DNA from: Octopus vulgaris
Lineage: Eukaryota
DNA length: 64,000 nt
Assembly (NCBI GenBank): GCA_951406725.2
Contig: OX597825.1
Span: 43,276,001-43,340,000 of the forward strand
Direction: 5' to 3'
This document shows, piece by piece, positions 39,161 to 51,990 of this stretch. The translations under genes were made by a program, and so were the position numbers. A model generated the notes under the pieces. The model saw nothing but the letters and a program-made list of their open reading frames with translations, was not told the DNA's origin and searched no databases. Within the stretch, counting starts at the first letter, position 1. Every line of letters begins with the position of its first letter.

Positions 39161-40320
39161 AGTATATATTTTGTATTTTTGATTTTTGAAATTTTGATTT
39201 TGACTCTTGGACTAGTATGTAAATGCGACGATGGATTTGTTTCGCGCTATGCAGATTTCATTCCGTATAGCAAAGTCTCATGCATATATTTTGTTTATTT
39301 TGTTTATATTTCTACATATACATTAGGAAAAACCTTTGGCTTTGTTTATTTCATGTTATTGTATTGTATAGGATTACCTTGATTTTTAATTTATAGATGA
39401 TCCAAAATAGGGTGTTATATTTTATATGTCTTTCGTATATTTTTTATTATTGCACTCACCTTTTTTTTAAAAAGCAATGTTGTCAAAAATTAGAATTTTG
39501 ATACAAATATGTGTATAGCCATGGATATGTATTTGTAAGCATGCGTCTCTGTGTATGTGTAAGTGAGCGTATGTTTGTGCTTAAGCACACACATACACGA
39601 CTGTATGTGTATGTATCTATTCGAACTTGTGTATTTGTATACTTGTCTCCATATATGTCAATAACGCGGTTACACAGCTTGTATACATAATTTTTCTTAT
39701 TTCGTTTTTTTCCCCACCCCTCCTTTTTCTTTTTTCCTTACCCCTTCTTCGTTCCTTTTTCTCTCTCTTCCTTTCTTTCGTTTTTTTCCTCTAACTGATA
39801 CTGATACAACTTTACGTCCCCCTTACTTAAGCTTTACTCCGTAAATAAGAAACGCTACATTAGCATCGATGATTTTAACTTGCGTGCGAGATAGATTGCG
39901 TACATATATGTATGCATGCATTTGTGTGTATATTTTAGATTTATATTTATACGTCTGTATATGTCTGGCGTTTGCACGCATCCTTCTGTGTATGTTGATA
40001 TATATATATGTACACTTTAATATGAATATGTATTGCAGTGTAATATTTATAATGCGTTTTATTTCCATGCATTAATTATATTTTCTTCATTAACGTCAAT
40101 ATGTATTTTATTCAATGTAAGGTTTTTTCGTCGAATTTTATAATTTTATAATTTTTATAATTTTTTTATATATATATACATATATTTTTGAGCTCATTTT
40201 TTGTTTATCGCTCGAAGATTGACCGTTATTTCTGAAGGGCCAATCAAACAAGTGCATTTTTTTTAAAGGTGTAGCGTTTGTGAGAGTCTGGATTGAATTG
40301 ATATATCGGTTCCATTATAG

Positions 40321-40370
40321 CAAAAACTATCTGATGAACGGCAACGAGAAACTCAGAGTAACAGATTTTG
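40321..40370 (+). ncRNA. Minimal type I hammerhead (PLE 3' UTR copy)
   Basis: caaaaactat-CTGATGA-acggcaacga-GAAA-ctcagag-TA-acagattttg; predicted cut after 40360. Confidence 0.75.
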
Positions 40371-40466
40371 TTGAAGTTTCTGCTGCTTTAAATAAAGCAT
40401 ATTACTCTTCCACTGGTATTTGAGTACTCTTTTTTCCACCTTGTTTCACATTTATGTGTTTACTCC

Positions 40467-40495
<29 letters not shown>

Positions 40496-40499
<4 letters not shown>

Positions 40500-40915
40500 C
40501 ATAAGGGACTAAAGCCATCTGAATATGGCTGGGGACAGGGCAGGGTGGTGGGGGTGTTACTGTTGCATTTAGCCCCAGGCGAACATCGACGTCGCTAGAT
40601 AGGCTTGACACCGTCACGGTGTCCTTTAACCTGCAAAGGGAGATAATTCCCCGATGAAGCGGAAACCACACACGGACCATGGTTTCAAGGTGTATTGCCT
40701 ATCGTCAACGTGTGGTAGGCCTCCGCTTCCTCGACGAAATCTCACTCTGCAGGTTATTCATATATAGATTTTCAAGCAAAATACATTTGCACCGTCACGG
40801 TGTCAAGCCTATCTAGCGACGTCGATGTTCGCCTGGGGCTAAATGCAACAGTAACACCCCCACCACCCTGCCCTGTCCCCAGCCATATTCAGATGGCTTT
40901 AGTCCCTTATGTTAT
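40496..40915. mobile_element. Young fold-back element with 119-bp inverted arms (40496-40614 / 40797-40915)
   Basis: ataacataagggactaaagcc...gcttgacaccgt is mirrored with no mismatch seen. The arm core (gttactgttgcatttagccccagg..ctagataggct..gacac) resembles 2510-2578 and 21340-21410. Confidence 0.85.
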
Positions 40916-40957
40916 CGAGCAGTTACTGTCTATATCTCTTTTAGAGAATTATTATTG

Positions 40958-41034
<77 letters not shown>

Positions 41035-41072
41035 AAGAGAGAGAGATACACACAGATATGCATATATACATA

Positions 41073-41887
41073 TACGTGATCTGATCAATAAATATCCGGA
41101 TTCTTGCCGTAGTAACGAAGCTAAAGTATGCAGAGTATTATGCATGCGCACTGAGTTTGATGTTCTAGTTGACTTCCGCTGTTTACAGCAGTGCTTGGAA
41201 GGTAGGTGTGTAGCGTATAAACGTCGCATTGACCATGACGGAAATTTGCATCAAATTTTGCCAAAACCTTGGTGATAATTGCTCAGAGGCTTACGCAAAT
41301 TTGCAAAATTTTTAATCTTTCAAGACACAATCAGGTAACTGAAACCTGAGTGCTTTTTTGGTCAGCTGAAAGCTCTTTTCGAACAAACTTGGCAGACCCG
41401 CGTCTCATATCCAAGCCTTCAGTAATAATAAACTGAACTGAACCGTGACTAATCTGCACATCCTCTGACAACTCACAGACGGTATTTCAACGATCTCCTC
41501 TCACAGCTGCACACATATCTGCGATGTTTTCCCCTGCTTTGCTGGTTGCGATTCTCCCAGAACGTCCGTCATTATCGACATTGTTGTGACTATCTTGGAA
41601 ACGTGTGAACCACTCGCACACTTGTGTGTGGCTCGTGCACTCTTTTCATAAACTTTCTGAACAAGTATCATCATGACAACTTTCTCTGTTATCGTCAATG
41701 CGGCGATCACACGCTACACACCTTCCTTCCAAGCACTGCTGTAAATATTGGAAGTGAGCCAGAACTTAAAACTTAGTGCGCGTACACAACAGCATTCAAT
41801 GTCAATCTGTGCCAAGCGGCCTTACTCTGAATGCTTTAGCTTTGTTACCATGGCAACAGTCCGGATACTTATTGATTAGACCTCGCA
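41073..41887 (-). mobile_element. Non-autonomous mariner derivative with long (~160 bp) imperfect inverted ends
   Basis: tacgtgatctgatcaataaatatccgga...cagcagtgcttggaagg is mirrored at 41710-41887. The minus-strand remnant QVCEWFTRFQD...NDGRSGR...VREDR..ISHGSVQFIITEGLDMRRGSAKFV is a mariner HTH. Confidence 0.8.
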
Positions 41888-44574
41888 TGCATACTTACAT
41901 ATAAATACATACACACATACATAGCCACATATATATGTAGGAGTTACGTAATTTGAAACAGATTTGTCATTGCCTAATTTACGAATCATGGGAATTACCG
42001 ACAGCGATCTCCCTTGGCAAACATTCTAGGAGCGTCGAAGAAATTGGATTTATGTCCCTTGTACTAATCCCAATGAGCCGTAGAATGTTCTAAGATGTAA
42101 TTTAGTCGCCAGTGGGGAGCCAACAGTTTCTGGGCTATATATTGAATACCCGTAGAACCTCAATCTCTCTTCGATCGCCAGACTTCATGCTAGAGACATC
42201 TCTTGTGTTGAGAGCATACAGATTTTGTAACACGTGGCCCAAAGAACCAAACGCCTTAGTGGAACTCCGGTTATTAAGACGCACATGTGCATGACTTGCT
42301 TTTACACGAGAAGCAAACCTAAATAGCATATGAAATTCTCTCATACATTTTATTTTGCCTTCTACAGATGGAACGTGACAAGGCAAGATAATATGTACTC
42401 ATTCTTCATTTAAGTACCCCTTCAACCGAAGTATGATATTGGTGAATTCTTACCTGGTTCTGAATTGATATTAAATTACTTACGAAGTTTAAGAATGGCG
42501 CTTTCATTTATTCCAATCAAGAATGCATTTTACTTTTCGTAACACGATGAGTTTTGTTTCTTAATTAACCTCTTGTTCCAGCAGTAGCAAGGCCAATTTT
42601 CAGTGTAGCCAACGTTCATGTTACAGTGGCAACCCCTTGTTACATATATATCATGTTTGTTTACTGGTATAGTATTCCAGGTTAATATTACTTCGGTTAG
42701 TCGCATTACTCTTCATCAGTATTATGTCTGCACAGAAACGTGTAAACTAGCTTTCATTGATAGCCGTATTTAATTATATTCGTTAAACGATCGTTAAGGT
42801 ATTAATGACTGAATGGCTATGTAATTGTACAGAAATATATACTTGTTGTATAAAAACACATTGAAATAATTGTATGACATTATCGATTTTATAATTGTTT
42901 ATATGCTTTTATACTACATTATGAATTGTATCATCGATGTATCTATTTCCACGAAACCAAAACCGGAGATTTGTATCAACAAGCCTAGAGCATAATCTCA
43001 TGTAAAGAAAAGAATAGATTATGTCTTAATAACTGCAGTCAGTGTTGTGGTCGTGGTCGTAGTAGTTGTCGTCGTCGTCATCAGCGGCGGTGGTTGGCCG
43101 TCCATCGTAAGTCGACGCTGATTGTTCAGAAACCATTTCTGGCAGGTCGCACATGGGCTACAAAGCCTTCTCTCCATCTGCTACAGGTGAAGTTGACTTA
43201 ATGCAACAGAGAAGTGTCGTTACACGTATACTCTTTTGTATTCTCTCTGATGTTTCTCCTCAACGGCTGGAACTACAAACCTCAGCCATCAGCTAAAGTG
43301 AACGCCCACAGGCCGGGGTGAATTAGCTAGGTTTTGGTATGAGCCCACTTTTTTTACCAACCTTTTCTAGAGGCTTCCCTTTCCGGGGCACGCAGTGCTG
43401 CCTGAATAGGGTTGCCTGGACACTCGTACCGCTGCCTTAACCTACTGGTACTTATGGTTCAATAGTCACTGTGACCCTCAGGAGCGAGCTGCCTGTTTGC
43501 AGATCTCGTGCCAGCAGGTCTCAGTTACAATTACAGTCGTCACATCTACTCCATCGCTGTAGAGATTTCCACCGAACAAAACGACTTGGACGATGAGTAA
43601 GACAGTTGGCGCCGTCCCCCCACAACTCACACACACACACATCTCAACAAACTGTCTCTCGCTTTCTGGGCTTCCACGCCAGGTACCAAGTCGTGTACAT
43701 GTGTGCAACGAGCATGGTCGACGATGAGACTGCTCCACAGTAGCAGCTTACTCGCTAGTTCACGCCCAACCGTTGTCTAATACTAGAGATCTTTCTCTTA
43801 GACGCATTACCCATCTAGCTGTTTTGATTTCAGATCTCTCTACCGTGTGGTTTATCCAAGGTTCTGCTACCGACATCTTCACTGTATCCTTGGTTGCTAG
43901 TACTTACTCAAGGCACTACCCCTGTCTACAGACAAAATGAACGACTCACTCTCCCTTTTACGGCCTGTCACTGTGTGGTTTGCTTCAGTACCTTAAGGCG
44001 GTAAGTTGTAACAATTTCCCACGTGTATCATAGATACTAATAATTTCTACAAGGCTGACCAGAGTTATGAGGGTTTTTTTCAGGATTTGAGAATGCAAGT
44101 GATGGTCTATAATATTGCGTTTTAATGATGTTTGGGAATACGAATGATTTCGGTTGCTCTGAGCGCTAGTAAACTAAAGCAAAACGTTTCGAGCTACTGT
44201 AACTTCGACAGGGTTACACTATCATAGCATCAGTGTACATACTCTTATAGGAGCGAGAGTAAGAGTAGAGTTTCGTTGTAGAGGATCTAATGCTGTAGGT
44301 TTTTGGTTATTTTCAAATCCAAATGAGTTGGAAGGAATTAAGAAAGAAGATGGAATTTCATCATATTATGTAGATCTCCAAATGTTTGAACATTCTACTT
44401 ACATTCTATTACTGTTACACTTCTCCGTAACATAGCCAAACATCTTTAGACATAAGGTACAAGCTGTAAATCAAACATACGCTTTATTTCCTGTAATTAA
44501 CGTCTCTGGTAGAGTATTTCGGACTCTCAACATACTCCTTAAACAGAATAATGAATTATTAGTGCTAAGCCGTG

Positions 44575-45030
44575 TTTAGATATGAGCAGAATTGAGTAAG
44601 TTGATATATGTTTGTCATATTTCAACTGCTAAAAGGCAAATACACTGCAGTTACCGTGGAGAAAAGTCTCTCTTGTGGTAAAAAGAGGAAAAATCACCCG
44701 GTCCGTTCAGTGTCGCCATCTATTAGGAATCTCAGACATCGATGTTTCAAGCTTCTTGTCTATTTTCAATGAGATGTACCTAAGAGAGGCAATTCTAAAC
44801 GGACTTACAAAGCTACAGCTTTAAGTAAATCTCATAGAAAATAGACAAGAAGCTTGAAACATCGATGTCTGAGATTCCTAATAGATGGCAACACTGAACG
44901 GACGAGGTGTTTTACACCTTTTTACCATAAAAGAGATTTTTTTTCTCCACGGTAACTGCAATGTATTTACATTTTAGCAGTTTAAATATGAGAGAAACAT
45001 ATTTCAACTTACCTAATTCTGTTCTTAAAC
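44575..45030. repeat. Fold-back (~205-bp arms, ~40-bp spacer) with a decayed hammerhead in each arm
   Basis: 44575-44783 is mirrored by 44821-45030. The right arm reads aatctca-tagaaaa-tagacaagaagctt-GAAAC-atcgat-GTC-tgagatt (7-bp stem I, palindromic stem III, GUC); the CUGANGA core is mutated. Confidence 0.8.
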
Positions 45031-45817
45031 AGAATTCTGAAACCAGGCATAGCGTTGAAAACATTCATTTATATTCTAGATGCCCATTTATGCAGCATTT
45101 CCACTGCATCGGTAAATTAAATACCAGTCATATGCTGCTTTTAATCAATCAATTTTTTAAAATGCCCCATAAAACATAATCTCGTACAATGTCAATAAAA
45201 AATACAAGAATACACGAGTTTAAGACATTAATGCAATTCTATGACGACTCAAAGAACATATTATATAAATATATGATCTAACAGCTTCACAGAGTTGAGT
45301 ACTATCTGATTATTTGTTCGAGTTAGAAAAAAAATAGATAGTAATAAAACATAAAAATAAAACGAATTAAAACCAAGTTTTAAAAAAAGAAACAGACGAA
45401 ATATGGAAAACTATTTTCATATCACTGTCAACAACGAAAAAGGAAAGAAAAATCTTGGAATTAGCTTATATTGTTTGATAGCTGCTACACCCTACAATCT
45501 CACTTCCTTTTAGCTTTTAAATCATGTCAGAATCATGTCAATTACGACATATCTGTATACACACGAACACACACACACTCACAAACACACACATGCAGTC
45601 ATGCACGAACATACACATATTTGTGTTTTTATATACAGAAGTACGCACACACATACACGCGCGCGCGCACAAACAGTCTTACATATATATATATATATAT
45701 ACATAAACACATACATACATATGTACATATATTTATATATAATAAATACATATGCATACATATACGCCTGTGAATATTTTTCAATATACATTTATTTACA
45801 TTCGCATTGTATGTATA

Positions 45818-45889
<72 letters not shown>

Positions 45890-46349
45890 TATATTTATAT
45901 ATATATATACATATATATGTATGTGTATATATATATATGTGTGTGTGTATATATATATATATGGGGGGGGAGTAAGTATGTATCTTTATCCAAAGTAACC
46001 GCACATTGGTTCATTGAATATATCTCATTAAAGTTAGCACCAGAGTGCAAAACGGAAAGAATTTTACTTTAACGTTTCAGCTAAATAGCAATCTTAACAA
46101 TCTGAGAAATTATTTCTTATACATGTACATAAACGTATGTATAGCAGGTCTAGATTGCAGTGTGCAAATTTCTGTGAGTAAGTGTAAGTGTGCCTAGAAA
46201 AGCATGTTCAATGTATGATATAATCTCTAGTAAACAGACACACACAAACACACACACACAAACAAACAAACAAAAACATACAGAAAATCATATAAATATA
46301 GATACACACACATATGTACATACATATATATGTATAGACAGATAGATGG

Positions 46350-46397
<48 letters not shown>

Positions 46398-46836
46398 TGA
46401 GAGTGAGAGAGAGAGAGAGAGATACACATACAAATATTTATATGGCATAACATATTGGAAATACTTTGTTCAATTTTTTTTTTCTCAGTTAAGAGAAGTC
46501 CTGATAAACTTTTAGATTATGAGAATCTGCAAAACCAGTACCTCTATCATCTCCATCATCATCATTAATATAATTACAGCAACATTATCAATATCATTAT
46601 CGGCATATTTTATTGATGTTGTTGTTGTTTTGCTTTCAGGAAGTTTTATTGAATAAATCTAGTTTTACTTTGAAATCGATTACGTTTATGATGATTTCAT
46701 GTAGATTATCTTTCTACTGCCTCTTCTACCTCTTTTCCTTCTTCTCTCTGCACCCCACCCCCATCATTGTCTGTCTGTCTCTCTTTCCTTCTCTGTGCAT
46801 AAACATACATGTATATGGCCACAGATCTGAGCTGAG

Positions 46837-46894
<58 letters not shown>

Positions 46895-47257
46895 TACATA
46901 CATACATACATACATACATACATACAAACAAATATATACATATATATGAAGATAAAGAGAGATGTATGTAAGTCGTATGTGCGAGTATGTATGTGTAAAT
47001 GAAACCATTTTCTCGCCTAATTACCACTACCATTGATAACAAATATAACACAAGAAGCATTGATGTAGGAATGCCTGCATGGTTAAGAATTTTACTTTTA
47101 AAACTTCGCCCCAATATAGGAAGACTGATTTGTAATCTAACATTTCGTGTAAATTTGTGCTTACTGAATCTTTTTAGTGGTAAGTTTAGGATTGTGACCT
47201 CCCGTGGTCAGACACTTTTATTATAATCCGGTATCCTTGTTTTCCTTCGCGTCATCT

Positions 47258-47294
<37 letters not shown>

Positions 47295-47295
<1 letters not shown>

Positions 47296-47382
47296 GAAAA
47301 TACAAATTTATACATAAATTATTGAGAGTTATCCACATAGTGGATAACTCTCTAATAATTTATGTATAAATTTGTATTTTCT
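47295..47382. repeat. ~43-bp-arm hairpin heading a short (TA)n-flanked element (to ~47468)
   Basis: agaaaatacaaatttatacataaattattgagagttatccac ATA gtggataactctctaataatttatgtataaatttgtattttct. Confidence 0.9.
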
Positions 47383-47535
47383 CCGTAGTTTTTTGTGCTA
47401 AGCCACTTGGTGTTAAATTAATGGTATTATTAAATTAATACCGATTTTTCACCCTCATTTATAATTATATATATATGTATATATTTATATATATATATAT
47501 ATATCTGTGAATATAATATGTGACAATTATTCGGT

Positions 47536-47607
47536 AGCCAAGATGAAACTCTGAGTTTCGGATGCCGAGATGGAAATCCACACCACCATCTCTTCAGTTA
47601 TCCGGCC
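47536..47607 (-). ncRNA. Type I hammerhead in PLE 3' UTR
   Basis: ggccggataa-CTGAAGA-gatg..catc-c-GAAA-ctc-a-gag-TT-tcatcttggct. Confidence 0.7.
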
Positions 47608-49998
47608 ATCGGAAAAGCGCTATGAAAAAGAAGGGAAATTACGGTGTTATAGACCGCTATTTATAGAAAAGCGCTAATTTAGGTAAGGTAAAAAGGTCAT
47701 TGTATATGCGTAACCGCGACTGTTCATACGTACACATGTGCGCTCGCACACCCACATGCGTACGCATACATCACTAGAAAAACCTACATATCTTCACTCG
47801 CATCTTTCGCCAAATGTATATGTATATACATACACACCCACACACACACACACGCGCGCACCGTAAAAGTTCATACATACGCACAAGCACAAGAAAAAAC
47901 AGGGTTAAGGGTAACAATACAGATAAAAAAGCACAAGGAAGTATACAAAGAGTAAACCACGTTCATATACGGATATACCCTTATGCACTTACACACACAC
48001 ACACACGCCTACATATGCACATACCCCCACATGTCTATATACGCATACACACACACGCACGCACAAAAAGGATTATACATACGTCTAAAAAAGAACACAG
48101 GAAAAATTGTAAAAACACTGATTAAAAACGTCTATACATATATATACTCTTATGCCCGCACACACTCACACATCTATTTACATACATACCCGCACATATG
48201 TACACATCCACACGCGCGTACAAATGATTCCATATACACGTCTATATAGGCACAAGGAAAAATGCAGGGTGGAAGCTAGAGTACACCGCTGCCGTTGGTG
48301 TAGGGTTTACATTTGGCTAAAATCTTCCAATGGATGTTGTAACTGACACCTTTATCTTTTAATGACCATATATGATTGGATAATTTTGTCGTTTTCGTTT
48401 TGTCCCAGTGACTAAAGCTCAAGGTGTGGTTACTGAACCTGGCCTTGAAATTGCTCTCTGTGAGGCCTACGTATTTGGTGGTCGAAAGCGTGTCTTTAGT
48501 TGGTATAGAGTCCACGGCAGCTTCGTAGATGATGGTCTCGGACATGCAAGCTCCATTTAGCAGGCACAATTTTTTTATTCCTGCATGAACAGCTGCTTTC
48601 GTAGCGTGGTTTTTGTGTGTTGTGTGCAATTATATTTTTAAAATTAGTAGTTGAGTTGAAACTAATTTTTAAGCTGTGTTTATTGCAGAGCTTCCTGTAA
48701 GTATGGTTAAATGGAAAACGTCAATCTATCAAAGCTAAGAAATATTTGCCTATATTGAAGGTCACCTCGGGTATGTAGGGAGGTGTGAACCAGATGATCT
48801 TCCTATTTCTATTTCTCCTCTTCTTTATTGTTGGGCTAGTGACAGGTGTATAGGTTATTTCTTCGCTAAAACCACTATCTTTTAGAGCCTTATTATATAC
48901 TGGGGCAACGCTATTAAAATGTCCTTATCGGAGGAGAGGCTAGAAATTCTCTTGCTAATATTTTTAACTAAATTTTTAAATACTATAGAGGGATGGCATT
49001 AACCTACATTAATATAACTAAGTCTATCATTGGGCTTCCTATAAGGCTCATAAATGTTCTTATTTAGATCTAAGGAAACGTCTTGGAAACTGACAACCGT
49101 CAGGTTGGTATCCATAGTTATACTAAGTCCGAGGTTTTTCATTAAATGGATAATATCCTTCCTAAATCGATCCTGTGCTGGTCCATTTGTATATTATCCA
49201 TTTAATGAAAAAACCCGGACTTAGTATAACTATAGATACCAACCTGAAGGTTGTCAATTTCCTAGACGTTTCCTTAGACCTAAATATGTAGATGGCGAAA
49301 TATACGTCAGGAAAAGTCTTACCTAATGTATCGAGTAGAAATAATCCAATAAGATTGCATATGCCTACTCCATCATATGACCCCATGCTCACATCGAAAG
49401 CACCATCTGTGTCGGTAGTTTTGACCCACTCTGCGTTCTCGCTAGAAAGTAAAGTCTTTCTAGCATGGAAGATTATATTCTTATCCTGTGTACTGAGTTC
49501 TATGAAATCGCTAGCGAAGGTGAGGGCTTTATCTAGCAGTTCTTTAGAGATATAGGCATAAAAATCGACAATATCGAATTGTGTAAATCTCGCTTTTTTC
49601 TTATTCTCAATGGCTTTAAACCAGTCGACGACTTCTATACTATCGGACCATTGTACTAGCCTAGTAGCGGTCTCAATTTTGGCATTTATTTTTCCTAAAA
49701 TTTCTTTACTAATAATCCACGGTGCGCGTGTGTGTGTGTGGGTTTGTATGTATATGCATATACATTTGGCGAAAGATGCGAGTGAAGATGTGTACGTTTT
49801 TCTAGTGATGTATGCGTACGAACGTGGGTGTGCGAGCGCACATGTGTACGTATGAACAGGCGCGCTTACGCGTATAATATGAACTTTTTACCTTAACTTA
49901 ATTAGCGGTCATTCGAATAGCGCGTTTGTATAAATAGCAGTATATAACACAGTAATTTCCCTTTGTATAACGGTCTTTTTTCCTAGCGTTTTTCCGAT

Positions 49999-50070
49999 GG
50001 CCGGATAACTGAACAGATGGTGGTGTGGATTTCCACCTCGGCATCCGAAACTCAGAGTTTTATCTTGGCT
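49999..50070 (+). ncRNA. Type I hammerhead, inverted-repeat copy (core CTGAACA, mutated)
   Basis: ggccggataa-CTGAACA-gatg..catc-c-GAAA-ctcagag-TT-ttatcttggct; long stem I with one bulge. Confidence 0.65.
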
Positions 50071-50510
50071 ACCGAATAATTGTCACATATTATATTTACA
50101 GATAAATTCCTCTATTTCCATAATATTGAGGTCTCTTTCTTTCTTTTATTATCTTACCGTTTTTACCAATACATATATATATATATATATATACTTTTCT
50201 TTCGCTTCATGTTCCACCCATGTTTCCAAAGGTGAATTATCCAAACCTCTAAGAATTCCTTTCAACACACGGCTATGATGCTCCCCCACTAGTTCTGCTC
50301 GTGATCAGAGAGGCACATATTGTTAGCCTCTAAGGGACATGCTCAACTGGGTAAGGTCAAACAACTGACAAGCAAATCTCTGGTAATGAGCAGAATATTT
50401 GCTGTAGCCCATCTTTTATACCAAGACAAAACAATGTACATGATAACACTTCCAATCAGTTAAGATCAGAAGCCATGAGGGCCACTGTCTGGTACTGCAT
50501 CAAGGCATCG

Positions 50511-50723
<213 letters not shown>

Positions 50724-51329
50724 ATTTCTTCAGGATCCGGTAGAATAAGGGTATGTAAATAGCAAAGGCCTATCTATACCAAATTAAGCTCTGTTCAAGT
50801 ATGTTCGAGAGATATTTTAAACTGTAAAGGATTTTCACAAAAATTTGCCCGAAAAAAAATTTCTCGCTTAGCGCTCTCGATAGGGCTGACGGAGGCGTTT
50901 CGAAATTGTTAGTTGTCTTCAGTGCTGGATACTAAGAACACATCTCTGAGATAAATAGAAATTGTGCTTCCTTTACGCAAATTCGATGATATTGTTCATT
51001 AATTACACACATTGATTGACTTACACACCAGAAGTAGGTGCATTGAAGGAAGGAATACAATCTGAAGACCAGTTCCCCAGGTATCTTGTGCTGAGGAGAA
51101 CTAACGAGTTCGAAGTCCTTCGATTAGTTTTTAAAAAAGCACTCTGAGTGGACTCTGGTATTTTAGCACCTTTTGTATCTAGCGACAACTATTTCTCCAC
51201 GTCAAGCATTAGTGATAATATGTACAGGATCGACTATATCTCAAACATATCTATACTAGTCTTAAGTTTGTATTCTTCGCGCGCGCACACACATATTTCG
51301 TTCTTTATTTGGTTTGCAAGATTACTACA

Positions 51330-51990
51330 TGTATCACTTATTTAGTACGGGGATGTTTCATTTATGAGGACGTACTCCTGTATTTGCTTGAGTTTTGGGT
51401 CCGAGTGCCTGGATAAAATGCGGATATCAAGTCGACCAAGTATACCTCCATGTTGGTCTTTGGCATGTCGGTAGAATATGGAGGATTGTTTTTTGTCGTC
51501 ATATCGTCTCAAATATACGTTTAATCTCTCCGCAATACTTCTAGATGTTTCACCAATGTATGTCGCATTCTTGTCTTTACAAGCACCCTCTATGCACCAT
51601 ACTTCTTTCTAGCTCCCCTGTATACCCGAATCCTATCTTTCTGGTTATATCCAGAGAACTGCATGTGGTGCATGACGTTATGTACGTGTTTTCTTGTTTC
51701 ATAGAGTTCGCATAGTGGGGACACTAAGTCCGCTATCTGTATGTTGATTGCCATGTTGCGTGACAAAGCTGAGTTCTTGTAAACAACATATTTAGAAGCT
51801 ATGGGTTTCATGCAATAGGAGTGGAGGCGCTGCACTTTGTTTTTCGCAGTCTCTAACCAAAGTTCAGTATCAAGGACAGGTAGTTTATTTTTAGGGTGCC
51901 TAATGGGGGTAATCTATAGTTACCTTGAAACTTTAGTGGATGGAATTAGCTCTTCATTATGTTCCTCTCGGTTTCTACACTACAATTACA
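51330..51990 (-). mobile_element. Degraded Penelope-like element of a different clade (RT C-term/thumb and GIY-YIG remnant)
   Basis: Minus KLPVLDTELWL..., LHSYCMKPIASKYVVYKNSALSRNM..., MQFSGYNQKDRIRVY, then KDKNATYIGETSRSIAERL. Confidence 0.7.

Larger units (their letters stand above)
35930..40468 (+). mobile_element. Near full-length Penelope-like retroelement (Naiad-like, RT + C-terminal GIY-YIG) with ~870-bp inverted terminal repeat, inserted in (TA)n
   Basis: Coding region 37025-39160. 35930-36803 is an almost exact reverse complement of 39525-40400. (TA)n on both flanks and an HHR in both repeats. The clade name is from recalled motif similarity. Confidence 0.92.
47503..50170 (-). mobile_element. 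Second Penelope-like element (Naiad-like), 5'-truncated, with inverted 3' region at its 5' side, in (TA)n
   Basis: Minus-strand RT from 49718 (ISKEILGKI..WFKAI..FTQFDIVDFY..HARKTLL..FDVSMGSYDG..FAIY) and GIY-YIG (IIYEAAV..KYVGLTESNFKARFSNH..LSNHIWSLK, ORF 48276..48629). 47503-47838 is mirrored by 49722-50103. Confidence 0.9.

Noticed and set aside
37046-39526. The segment missing from the inverted arm as a spliced intron
   Set aside because: The boundaries lack GT...AG and instead share a 5-nt microhomology (TGGAT).
42000-42400. Possible LINE remnant (ORF 42135..42386)
   Set aside because: No diagnostic motif I could identify with confidence.
51055-51130. CTGAAGA...GAAG hammerhead-like stretch near the degraded PLE
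   Set aside because: GAAA is absent, stems I and III are unconvincing, and it lies opposite to the ORF remnant.
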